A DNA stretch of 64,000 nt from Eledone cirrhosa (taxonomy: Eukaryota), in NCBI GenBank assembly GCA_964016885.1, contig OZ024743.1, positions 27,218,001 to 27,282,000 of the forward strand, written 5' to 3'. Within the stretch, counting starts at the first letter, position 1. Each line of letters starts with the position of its first letter. Shown one piece after another: positions 12,813-24,721 of the stretch. The position numbers and the translations under genes are program-made. Under the pieces are notes generated by a model. It did no database searches, was not told the origin of the DNA, and saw nothing but the letters and a program-made list of their open reading frames with translations.

Positions 12813-13044
12813 GTATACATACTTATACACACACACACACGCACATGTACGCACAAATACACATACACACATATATATATATATATGGTTTTTTTTTATA
12901 GATGTGTGTACGTATAATATGTGTTTGTGTGTGTACTTTGTTTTGTTTTATTTGCCCTTTATATATTTCTATCACTTTTTATGATATGGGTGATATAATG
13001 GATGTTTATTCCGCAGTCTGCATCTGTTGTCATATCGATATGTA

Positions 13045-13225
13045 CTTCGTTGTCTTCCTGTCCTTAGGATTGCCGGCCGCGGTACCGGGGTTTGCGGCTG
13101 AAGCAACTAAACTGGAGGCGGAGAAAGTGGAGCAGCATGTCACGCCACAGATGAAGGATTTACCTCTTTCGTATGGGAAGAGGAAAGTTCCTTCGGGGAG
13201 CTTGCCGTCACCACGGTCGATGCCT
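13045..13225 (-). mobile_element. CRE-clade fragment (family B endonuclease region)
   Basis: Matches 21760-21925 (ggtaccggggtttgcggctgaagcaactaa); minus-strand RGDGK.P.G motif. Confidence 0.7.
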
Positions 13226-13259
13226 GGCTGCTGTACGTGTGCTGGCCTCGAGCGACAAT

Positions 13260-13720
13260 TTATTCCAGCCTACATCGGATGTCCTAGCAGCGTTCCATCA
13301 TAAGCACCCAGACCCCGCCGCCAACATCAGGGTCATCCAAGCCCCGACCAGTAACCTTTCCGTGACCACGTCAAGTGAGGACATATTAGCTGCCTTGTGA
13401 TACTTCCCACTGGAGCAGCAGTGGTGGAGTGAATGGCCTGTGACTCGGCCAGCTTAGAGACCATATCTCGCCACACGTTGCTGAAGCAGGAGCATACTTG
13501 CTCCAGTCAATCACAGCTCTTACCAACTATCTTCTTCGCAACAACCTGCCCTACTAGGTCCGTGATGCTTTCTCAGTCAATCTGACTGCTCTGAGGAAGA
13601 ATGGTGCAGGCGTTGGTCCCATCGAAGTAGGCAATGTCTTCCGACGACTTGCAGACAAGATAGCTTGCAAGTAGTCGAAGGTGACTTAAGCGAGACGCTA
13701 AACCCTGTCCAGCTCAGAGC
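13260..13720 (+). mobile_element. CRE-clade RT N-terminal fragment, inverted relative to 13045-13225
   Basis: Degenerate frame NLTALRKNGAGVGPIEVGNVFRRLADKIAC...LNPVQL. Confidence 0.7.
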
Positions 13721-13731
13721 AAACAGCCTCA

Positions 13732-13896
13732 AACACTACGTTTTAGAAGACTATCGTCATCCTTTTGTTCTAGCGGTGACAGAGAGAAACAATCGACAAT
13801 TGTTTCAGGGGAAATAACCCTGAAACAATCGACATTTGTTTCTCTCTGTCACCGCTAGAACAAAAGGATGACGATAGTCTTCTAAAACATAGTGTT
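13732..13896. repeat. Near-perfect hairpin with apex GAAATAA at 13811-13817
   Basis: ttttagaagactatcgtcatccttttgttctagcggtgacagagaga and its exact reverse complement. Confidence 0.95.
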
Positions 13897-13996
13897 GTGA
13901 GATTGTTCGTTTGGGAACGAATCGAATATTAATAGTATTATTATAATATTATTGTTCGATACAAATCTCACGAATGCATTATATGTATATATATTT

Positions 13997-14225
<229 letters not shown>

Positions 14226-14334
14226 GGATGATGATAGATAGATAAAGATATAATACAAAACATTGAACAGTTTCTTTGCTAAGATTTGCTAAATCTGGAA
14301 TAAATAAATTTTTTGTTCATTTATATATATGTAT

Positions 14335-14460
14335 ATATTTTATCGAACCCGTAAGGCAAAGTTAATCTCGAAGGGATTTGAACTCAGAACGTAAAGGACA
14401 ATAACTCTATGCCGTAAAGCATGGTGGCTGACGCTCTACCGATACTACCAACGCACCGCA
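14335..14460 (-). mobile_element. SINE family A, partial
   Basis: Reverse complement of head and B box. Confidence 0.8.
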
Positions 14461-14769
14461 ACAGAGAATAATAAAACACAAGAACAATAGAATAAAATAG
14501 CCAAATAATAATGGTTTCTTTATTAGCTATAAAAGAAAACAAACATTAAAGATGACACAGGACGGTACTGGCCGATACTAAGTGGGGTTTTTCGTGTAAG
14601 AAATTGGGTAACATAAATACGAAAATCTTGAAAAAGTTTCAAACTAAAAAAAATTCCCCTGACCTCCGAGGATCACTCATGTAGAAAGCCCACAAATGGC
14701 CATGTTCACTCTGATCACTAGTTCAATTTTCCCTCTCAGTTGTCCTCCCCCAATCTAGAGGCACATACT

Positions 14770-15480
14770 TAGAGCAGGCTCACTAAGGAGAAAACCACTC
14801 TGATCACCAAGAATAATGACACAACACCCCACCATCAAACTGCAGACCATCAAAATGCCTTCGTACTACTTTAACAGCAATAATGTCACAGAAACTGACA
14901 GAACATTTGGGAACAAAACAATCTGCTTCCAGAAAAACAGAAATGATGCTGCAAAGGCTCATGTGGTTATAATGACCAGTGGCTAATCAATAATGCCATA
15001 ATTGAAAACTTCAGAAAGATCAAAATCAAAAGAAAACAGCATGGCATAGATCGACTAGCAAAAAGCATTGACAGTTTTCCCTACACATGAATGCTAAACA
15101 GACTAGTCATGAATAAAGTAACGCCAACAATAAGAAGATTTATCAAGTATGCTATGATAAAGTGACAAATAGTTCTGCAGATACAAACGAAGGATGGAAC
15201 TATAAAAACTGAACTCATCCCAATAAAAGTGGAATATTTCAAGGGGACTCCCTATCACCACTGCTGTTTTGTCTAACACTGATATAATTATTTGAGACAC
15301 TAAACAGAGCTGGATTGGAGGGAAAATACTACATGAAAATTAACCATCTCCTGTATATGGATCATCTAAAGTTGCATTCTGCAGGCCGGAGACAGCTGGA
15401 GACATCATTACAGATGGATTCATCTTCATTGATTCACAAAGCAACTTTGAAGGGAGGTAAAGTAACGAAAAAAAATAGTA
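14770..15480 (+). mobile_element. Degenerate Dong/R4-like RT fragment
   Basis: Broken frames: KTTLITK..CRP, Q..CCKGSCGYNDQWLINNAI, GIFQGDSLSPLLFCL, INHLLYMDHLKL. Confidence 0.75.
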
Positions 15481-15869
15481 TCATTTAGAGTCTGTTACCC
15501 TTTCCTTTTCTCCCTTTCTTTTTTCCTTTGCCTAGTGGTCTTTGCTCTTTCCCTCTGGTTCCTTTCATTTATTGCATTTATAGTCCCTTCCAACGCTGCT
15601 TTCTTTTTCTGTACGTTTAACTAATTTATAGTAATGTTCAAATTATTTAAGGTTTTTTCCTGTCAGGCTGTCAAATAAAATTGTCTTAGTTTTTGCCATT
15701 TACAACGCCAATTTGAAATGTAAAGTATACCTTATTTAATAGATGTATATAATTGCTCGCATTTTAATGGTTGTATATTTCATGATAGCTTTTCAAACGC
15801 TATCAAAGACGGATATAATTGTATTTCAACATTCTATTGCAAAACTAGTAAGATATTAAATGTTGATCC

Positions 15870-16310
15870 TCATTATCTTGGCGCACTGGTTGGTCGGATC
15901 ACCATGACTCTCCTTCTCCACCCAAATGCGTCGTCCATTGTTAGTGGCAATTTAGCATCCTCATATAGCTGTTTGATATACGTTCTTTGAGATCTGCCCA
16001 CGTTGGAATATCCATGGCTTAGTATCCACAGCAACAAACCACTGACAATTTCTTTCTTTGCTCTCCAACTCTGTCGCATGAATCGGGTTCGTCTCTCTTT
16101 GCTGGTATGAAACATTGCAGGTACATGGCCGTAGAGTTGCTTTTTGTAGTGTGCTGCTTCCAGGATATGTTTAAATAAGTTCTGAACATTTTTGTGTATG
16201 TGCCATCTAGTTTCTTCTCGAATCGCTTATTGAGTATCCACGTCGTATACCCATACGACAGGGCTGACTCCCCTGTCCCTTGGAAGAATTTACGTTTTAT
16301 TTGTTTGGTT
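15870..16310 (-). mobile_element. RTE/RTEX-like LINE 3' fragment
   Basis: LLWILSHG..GRSQRTYIKQL..D C-terminal motif; LDGTYTKMFR upstream. Confidence 0.65.
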
Positions 16311-17811
16311 AAAACATGCTAAAATGCTGGAGCACTTTCAGCAAAAAAATGTTTCGACTAAGTTTGTATATATCTAAGAGAAACTATGTGAGAGATTTTG
16401 ATGTTTTAGAGTAAATGGCTTTTGTAAACAGAATCTCTCTTGCAACGTAGCAGACTGAGAGACATAGTCCGTATAGTTCCCATTGAAGATTAAAGAATTC
16501 CAACGTCTCTACTGTATGGAAAAATATGTTACGGGAAAAGACACACTTAAGAAATTGACGTTAAGAGCCTAGAACAGACTACCTTACATGATAAATTGCA
16601 CCATTCCCGTGTATAAAGCCATTTGAATGTATGGGAAGACTTGAAAAGACATTAGGAAAAGGAAGGGTTGTGAATATATTAACACCCTTTGAAATGTTAC
16701 ACAGAATTTAAGTGATATTGAAATTACTATTAAATTTCTTCCATCCCATTAGACAGTTCTATTTGGCATTACAATTCTGTCCATATTTGTTTCCTCTTAA
16801 AGAATGACGGCATTAACTGTTGTCATTTATTTGTACACATTGTTTGAATTAATTTTAGTACTCTATCCGTTTGCCTTCCCCTATCTCTCTCTCTGTCTTT
16901 CTATATCATTTAACTCTTCCTTTCTCTCTCTCACGCTCTTCCTCTCTCTCACTCTCTTCCCCTCTCTCTTTCTCTCTCTGTCTGTATCTGTCTTTCTATA
17001 TCATTTTAACTCGCTCTCTCTCTCCCATTCTCTTACAAAAAATGCAACAAATTTGCAGTGTTTTCAGTGTTGGTCATATGATGCACTAAATAACCTCGAA
17101 AACAAATATATGGAAATTAAAATATCGCCTATAGAATCTTTTCTTCATTCGTTCATCCTTTCCTTCTTATTTTCTTCCTTTATTTCTATCTTACTTTGTC
17201 TTTAACATTTTATTTCTCATTTATATTACAACAGACTTCACACCGATGATAACGATAACTTCTTTATCTTTCTCTCATTATTTCTCACAATCAATGCAAT
17301 AGTTAATATTCTACAAACGGACCCCATAAACATCAATCAGTTGTTTCGTATTTGTATGAAAAGCCAATAAATTTTATCTTTCTGCAATTATTCACGAAAA
17401 CTAATTACAATAATTAATAGAACAAATAGGTATCTTTATAGCGACTGTAATCTAATTAATATAGAGAAAATAAAAGAAAATACAATTGAATGACTGTCTT
17501 TCTGATTGTTTAATTGTCAACACCGGTGAAGACAGCGTATCTGTCTTACAGTCGAACGGCTTATATATTCTATGACAAAGTAATTAAATTCTCAGCTGCG
17601 TAGATGATGGGCCGGCAAACATTATCCGAGGCGTGGCCGATAAAAGGAGTGTCAGGAATTTAGGTCTTGTGGGTCAAAGAGAATAGAAAAGGAAAATCTG
17701 ACCATACAACGTCATGGAAACTATTCCTATCTTTTTTTAAAGTAAAACTACTTAAGTGTTTTGTTTATCAGCATTTAACGTAGAATAAAGGTTTTCAACG
17801 AAGGTATAGAG

Positions 17812-18037
17812 CAGGCATGTCAAACTGATGGTCCCCCCCTCCCCCCCGAGGGCCTCATGGGTCACATGTGTGTCTGAGGACCACACACGACAACTAATTG
17901 CGCACATTAAAACTAAATTTTTTTATTTTATGTTACGAACATAAAACATGCTCGCACTGTAAAAACCTTTGTACGGGTCATAGGTGTGCTTGGAAAAGGC
18001 CATATGCGGCCCGCGGGTCGCATGTTTAACATGCCTG
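17812..18037. mobile_element. hAT (Charlie-like) MITE
   Basis: TIRs CAGGCATGTCAAAC and GTTTAACATGCCTG; perfect 8-bp TSD GTATAGAG at 17804-17811 and 18038-18045. Confidence 0.9.
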
Positions 18038-18435
18038 GTATAGAGAACAATGACATAAACACGTTTACGTTAATAACATATTTTTTTTTAGTAAACCACA
18101 GCGGGTTCCAGCATTCAATACCAAACAAAGTATATAAAGTAATCGCTGTAGTGTAGAGAAAGGAGTTGCGAACAAGGAGATTACAGATGTTGAGCTAAAA
18201 CGAATAATTTTTTATGTAGATTGGTTAAATAGTATCAGAGGAAAATTGCTGAATCTGCCAAATAATATATTCTATGTAGAAATATACATGTAAATTGTTC
18301 TAAAATAGTTTTGACTGCAGCGAAATTAAATGCTAATCAATATAATCTCATGATTCTTTGCCATTGTATTTTCTCAAAGTTTGTAACATTATAAATTATT
18401 TTAGAGAAACGCTAAGAATAAATTGTTGTCTATAA

Positions 18436-18656
18436 TAATGGTTTCTGATTTAGGCACAAGGCCAACAATTTTTGGGGAAAGGGAAAGTCGATAAATTGAC
18501 CCCAGTGCATTACTGGTACTTTATTTTATCGACCCTGTAAGTATGAAAGACAAAATCTAACATAGGCGGGATTTGAACTCAGAACGTAAAGGGCCGTAAC
18601 TCTATGCTATAAATCATGGTGTTCGACGCTCTACTGATTTTGCCAATCCACCGCCC
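18436..18656 (-). mobile_element. SINE family A, long-tail variant
   Basis: Reverse complement of the full SINE. Confidence 0.88.
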
Positions 18657-18759
18657 TATTGTTATCTATAATAAAAACATGCTTATGTACGTATACTACG
18701 AGGATGGAAGAAGACTCAAGAGAGAGGGAAAAAAGCAAACGAGAGAGGGAGAGAGAGAG

Positions 18760-18816
<57 letters not shown>

Positions 18817-19469
18817 AAGAGAGACAGAAAGATGAGTGTTTATTGGAGGAGTCGGGGTAACAATCAGAGAGAGCACTATTTACGGAAACAGTGAAAAGGA
18901 ACGTTATTTACTGACATAATCACAAACACATATATATCTTATATATTGACAACTGCAGCTGCTGTTAAAGTGGTGGAGTTATCGGCATAGATATTGTTTG
19001 ATGGAGGCGGTGGAGGTGATTGTGGCTGTGGAAAGGAGTGGAAGGTGGGTCATATATTTTTTTTGATTAAACAAAAATTATTTTTTCTAGCAATCGCCAA
19101 TTATTCAACGTATGCGCTTTAGAATAATGAACTATCACTGCTAAACTGAACCTATTACACTCACCAGTAAGATTAGCATATTTAATGACAATCAATATAG
19201 CACAGGTTCAAACATTCAAGTAAATGGGGTTTTAATTACTATAACCGGTCATTGACAGTTACATGTTGCATTCTGATGTTTTTGTTAGTCTAGTTAATAA
19301 CAAATAGGCAAGGAAAACGAGGAGGAAAAAGCTATAGCTAAAATCATTTTATATAAGGAAGTGTTACGTTAATGAATTAAAATTCTGATAATTAAAATTA
19401 ATGGCATAATGAACCAAGTAATTTGATGATGGTGTAGTGACCTACATTCCGCGGGCTCACATACATTCT

Positions 19470-19680
19470 CTGTGAGTGATTTGGCTCAGCTCAGCCAATC
19501 AGCGCCAGGAGAAGAGGATGTATCCCTACGCGTTCTGAGAGAGAAATTACCCGCGAAAATTTGAAGACTCTCTCTCTCTCGCACCAGAAACTTCGAACCA
19601 GCAACACGTAAATGTGACGGTGAGATTTTGCACCTTAGCCTGCCGGCTTTCCGGCGCAATGGCACATTCCCTTTTGTAAC
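19470..19680 (+). promoter_or_regulatory. Putative promoter-like motif cluster (CCAAT, E2F-like, CHR-like)
   Basis: AGCCAATCAG 19493-19502; CCCGCGAAAA 19550-19559 directly followed by TTTGAA 19560-19565; CpG-retaining island in repeat-free DNA. Confidence 0.35.
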
Positions 19681-21479
19681 CTCATTTTTATGTGTAACTT
19701 CAACCATACAAGTTAACTAACATTATATGTAGCACAACAATTTAACCACGGCCTGGCAACACTCAAACAGCCAGTAGCCGGTGTCTTTCTGAAATCTTAA
19801 TTCGTTTGTTTTATTTCTCTTGGCATGCCAGCTCAACCTTTGTTAATAAATAATGTAAAAACAAGCTAAAGTCGTGGTCGATATTCCTATCATATCTTTC
19901 TACCAAAGATGGTTCCTCGTGGCAACATTACAACTCTCTAAATATTTCTCCGCTAAATTGGTGACAACTTCTCTACCAAAATTGTATAATTATACTGATA
20001 CAAAAGTGCACTGATTGTAATGTTATTAATTATTAAGTGTTGAAGCAAAATATATTAATTCCATTTTCCTTCTCATTTATTTATTCAGAGGTAATTGCGT
20101 GGAATTTCCAAGGGTCCAGCTACAATAATATTACTATGAACAATAATAACGATAATGTTTCAGAGCATACATATAACACAAACGTTGACACGAACACTCA
20201 CATAGACATCCCCACCACGCGAATGTATTTGTTTTCGGGTCTTAAATCATACATTTCCCTCCAACGTTATATAATCACACTACCAAACTTGTTAACTTTA
20301 CAAAATGTCTTCATGTTTCCTTTTAGAAAGGGACAAAAAAAATCAGAGAGAGGAATAGAGGGAGAGGGAGAGAGAAAGGAATAGAGAGAGGGAGAGAGAG
20401 GGGGATAGAGAGAGGGACAGAGAGAGCGAGAGAGAGGGGGATAGAGAGAGAGGGGGAGAATGGGCGTATGACGAATGAGAATTAGCTTGTTTCATACAGG
20501 AAATCTTGTTATATTTGTCAGCAACCTATAGAAAAGATAACAAAAACAAACAGAATATGACGCAAACTAAAAGTAACTAGAAATCAGTTTTCACACTTGT
20601 GACGAATCGAACCATGTCACGGAGTTATAAAATGCAGACATTGAAACGACATGTGTAACCCCAAATTGTGATCCAAACAATGATAAATAGGAATGTGTCC
20701 ATGCATGCTGGCAATGGATTGAGGAAACAATAGAACACAGAAAATGCTAATCTACAAAAGTAAAGGGGGAAAAAATAAACGACTTGATGGTGAGTAAATG
20801 TGTGACAAGAGGAAGTATATAGAGAGTTAAAAACGCTATAACTTCGTTTGAAAATGAAACACTTTGTGGTTTAGTTAAAACACTGCCAATTTGAGTTTAC
20901 CATTTATCATCCGAGGGCGACATTGTCTTTCAGCTATTGGAAGCCATTAAACATATCTTGCGCTATAAGTCTATTTTCTTTAAATAACGTTAAAGATATA
21001 TAGGTCTGAGTTTGAATGTTCCATTTGCGTGTAAGGTTTGTCAAAGTTGAAATATTAGTTTTTATCCCACAGGGCATTTTATCAATGCAAATCTTTATGA
21101 GGTCCATAGATCTAGAAGTGTGAGGAACAACAATCTATCATCCATTTCACGAAAGTACAGTCACGTGCACCAATAAGATATACACAATCCATCACATGTT
21201 ATATACAATATATTGCACCTTACGTTCAGGCATCGGACTATAAAATCAAAACATAAACTAACATGGCCGGCAGCCAATATAATACAAGATGTATTTTGAT
21301 TTACTTTTTTGTACACAATCGCCATCTTGTAACTCTCCAAAATTGTATCCATTCACATTTCTTTAAACTAGTACAATTGACAGTATTAAGAAGAATTTAA
21401 TAGAAAAATAAAATGAAATGGATTGAGAAGAAAGAATGGAATGTAAAATAGGAAAATGTAAAAACGGAAAAGGAAGAGA

Positions 21480-21960
21480 AAGGCAAAGGCTCTACTGTCA
21501 CAGAAGGATGGGGAAGGGGGAAGGGGAGGGGGAAGGGTCTAGGGAGCGGTGGTGTTGCGGCAGCGCCCCATGGGCAAGACCGCAAAAGCATTCTTGCAGT
21601 CCTGCTGCAACAGCCACCCGCCTCGTGCACTCTTTCCTTAGACGAGCCTCTGACGTTCCGATTTTGTGGAGGAGCTCGGCAGTTCGAGGTTCAGGTACAC
21701 CTGAGGTCTCAACGGCGACCAGTGCGAAGAGGAAGCGGCTGGACAATCCTCGGTATTTGTTGGTCTTCCTTTCCTCTGCATTGTGGGCCACAGTACCGGG
21801 GTTTGTGGCTGAAGCAACTAAGTTGGAGGCAGAGAAATGTCACATGTGGCGTCCTAGATGAGGGATCTACCTCCTTCGAATGGGAAGAGAGTAATGCCGT
21901 CGGGGTGTTTGCCGTCTCAGCGGTCAAGACCTACTGGCTTCAGTTGTAATGTAAGACAGC
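21480..21960 (-). mobile_element. CRE-clade 3' fragment (family B)
   Basis: ORF 21498-21791 AHNAEERKTNKYRGLSSRFLFALVAVETSGV; DGKHPDG motif upstream. Confidence 0.8.
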
Positions 21961-22639
21961 TGCGTCCAGGCTTTGTTTTACTTCAAACTTTAAAGCATAT
22001 ATTTGGAGTAAAGAAAAATGTTTGGTTCTAGTAGTTTACATTACAATCTATTAAACTATGTTGCAGATACTTTGGTTTCTTTTTCTATTTATTTTGGTGG
22101 CACGATATTTCACTGTATATAGTTTATATAATAAAACAATGACACTAATGTTAACACATTAAAAAAATCCCTGGAAACCATTTAAAAGAAAGAATTGCCA
22201 TTAAATAAGTTTATTTATGAAAATTTACGACAGGGCAGATAATAATATTTCACAAGTTTATGAAATCTAGGATATAAACATCTATAGAAAAAAAAAAAAT
22301 TTTGCTTTATGTTCCTTGTAAATCAGATTATCTGTGTTATAATTATAAAAGGGAATTCTGTTCACACTCAGTCGTCGCTGATGTACCATATTATATATAA
22401 TAGTCAATTAGATGTTTACTTTATATTTATGTCACACCATATAGGTATAGGAATTCAGCACCTTTGATGGTAGATATCCTCACCTTTTTATGACTAGTAG
22501 AACGTCAGTAAGAATATGACTGCTTCACGTCGCACAATGTTTGTGTTTTAATTTTATTCGTTTTCATCTTTATTTACAAATCATCTCGATTTATCTCGGC
22601 TTCTTTACTAGACAAACTATTATTATTCTCTCCCTCTAG

Positions 22640-22872
22640 AGCAGCGCATTGGCAGCGTCAGTAGAGCGTCGGACAACATGCTTCGCGGCAGAGGAGTTGC
22701 GCACATTTACGTTCTGAGTTCAAATCCCGCCGAGGTTAACTTTGCCTTTCATTCTTACGGGGTCGATAAAATAAAGTACCAGTAATAATGCACCAGTAAC
22801 GTATTGGTTCGATTTAATCGACTTTCCCTCCCCCCAAATTACTAGCCTTGTGCTTATATTAGAAATCATTAT
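22640..22872 (+). mobile_element. SINE family A, long-tail variant
   Basis: A and B boxes plus body; possible TSD attattctc. Confidence 0.85.
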
Positions 22873-24174
22873 TCTCCATCCCCCTCTCTATATATATATA
22901 TATATCTTTCTCTCACGCTGTCTCCATTACATTTTGAAAATGCTTTAATAGTGTCTGTAACGTTTTAGTTTTTAATAAAAAAATTGGTGAGTTTAGGGTT
23001 TGGCGAGATCCTATAATTACATATGTAGTTTTTGATGAATGCCTGCAGGAACAGTTATTATGATGAGGCATGAGTGTGAAACACATTGGGAATGTAGAAG
23101 CTCAGTCAAAATATTTAGGAAAAAACATTTCAGTTAATATAATTGGAACCGTAACAATATTTTCGTCAATGTCTCCTCTACAATTACTTCCGAAAAGCTG
23201 GAAGTTACCCAATATATTCAACACAAAAGGTAATAGACAACACCACAGAAATTAAGGGTGAATATTCTGAGAAACATAGTGAGTAAGACGATACACTTCA
23301 TAGACGATATGTTGAATAATCGAGTCAAAGAGCATTAGCCATAACATCATTGTTATCACAGATCCGATATCTCTTGATGCAATTCTAGATCCGCCTTCGT
23401 GACATGCAACATTTCTTGGGCATTGAAACATGATAAATCCTACCACTCTCATACTTTGATCAAAGCCGGCTTTACCAAGAAGAAAGCAACAGATTAGAGA
23501 GAGGGTTATAAAGCGAGGGAGAAGACTCAACCCCAGTACTGGACTGGGTTTTTATTTATAGACCTTGAGAGGACGAAATGCCAAATTTACCATAGTGGTA
23601 TTTGAAATCAGAGCACAGAGCGGAAAAAAATAAACAAAAAGCAGGTAATACCTTTGCTAATTCGCCATCTACGCTAAACATATAACCTTAGTCAATTTAA
23701 AGATTTAATTGAAATGGCCAAAGTGTTAAACAAGTAAAACATAACCGATATATTCGTAGTAAAGCTAAGATTTACGGCTAAAGCATTGACTCCTTAAAAT
23801 AAATTGATTTTTCTGTAGAGTTAATCAGGAAAGTTCTACGCTACTAACTTGTACGAAATCTTAGGCGCCCTCTAGTACTGCAGAGATGTAATTATTTGAA
23901 AAGAAAGAATAAATCTTTTAAATACGAAGCGACGCTCACAAACATTAACATTTACAATTTCAGAATAAATTTGACATTTTATCAATATTATGTCACTTCT
24001 AATCTTAAATGAATATTAACTTTATTTCAGTAACATTTCCAGTAAAACCTCAAGCCCCAAGACGTAGCCGGTCAGCTAACGAAAATACAGTTGATTTGGC
24101 GGTAATGGTAGTTAGGAATTCATGCAGTATTCATATATAAAAACTATATTTATGTATGTATGTATGTATGTATG

Positions 24175-24603
24175 TTATATCAGAGTTTTCCTTGTCCTAG
24201 AATTCTGCCTTGACAAAGGCTAAGGGGTCATCTCTGCCGGTGAATTTGGATGGCCATTGACTCTTAAGAGCTCCTTTGCCCTTTGATGTTGACTTGTTCT
24301 TCTTTTTGGTAAATATCATCTTGGTTAAGAGAGTGAGACTTGCTTTGTGCAGTGCCTTTGCTCACTATAAAAGCTTCACGGCACAGCCATTGCTTTGTAT
24401 CTGGAGATCTCTCTGCACTTGTCATCACTTGATACCATGGGCCCAACACTATGTGTCAATAATTGTCACAAGTGTAGTGTTTGTACCAGAGTTTTCAAGT
24501 CGCTGGCTGGACTAAAAAGTCACACTTGTTCAGCGCATCGGTAGGGGTTCTCCTACATGGATATAAAGTAGTGGCCGTCCTCGAAAACGAGTTGGCAGCC
24601 ACC
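24175..24603 (+). mobile_element. Bipartite non-autonomous RTE derivative with inverted 5' part and (TATG)n tail
   Basis: 24284-24603 matches 32749-33069 and encodes a C2H2-like CSVCTRVFKSLAGLKSH end; 24175-24257 is the reverse complement of 32641-32722. Confidence 0.75.
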
Positions 24604-24721
24604 ATGTATGTATGTATGTATGTATGTATGTATGTATGTATGTATGTATGTATGTATGTATGTATGTATGTATGTACGTATGCATGTGTGCATGTATGTA
24701 TGTATGCATGTATGTATGTAT
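24604..24721. repeat. (TATG)n microsatellite
   Basis: Direct observation; sits at the Dong 3' junction. Confidence 0.95.
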
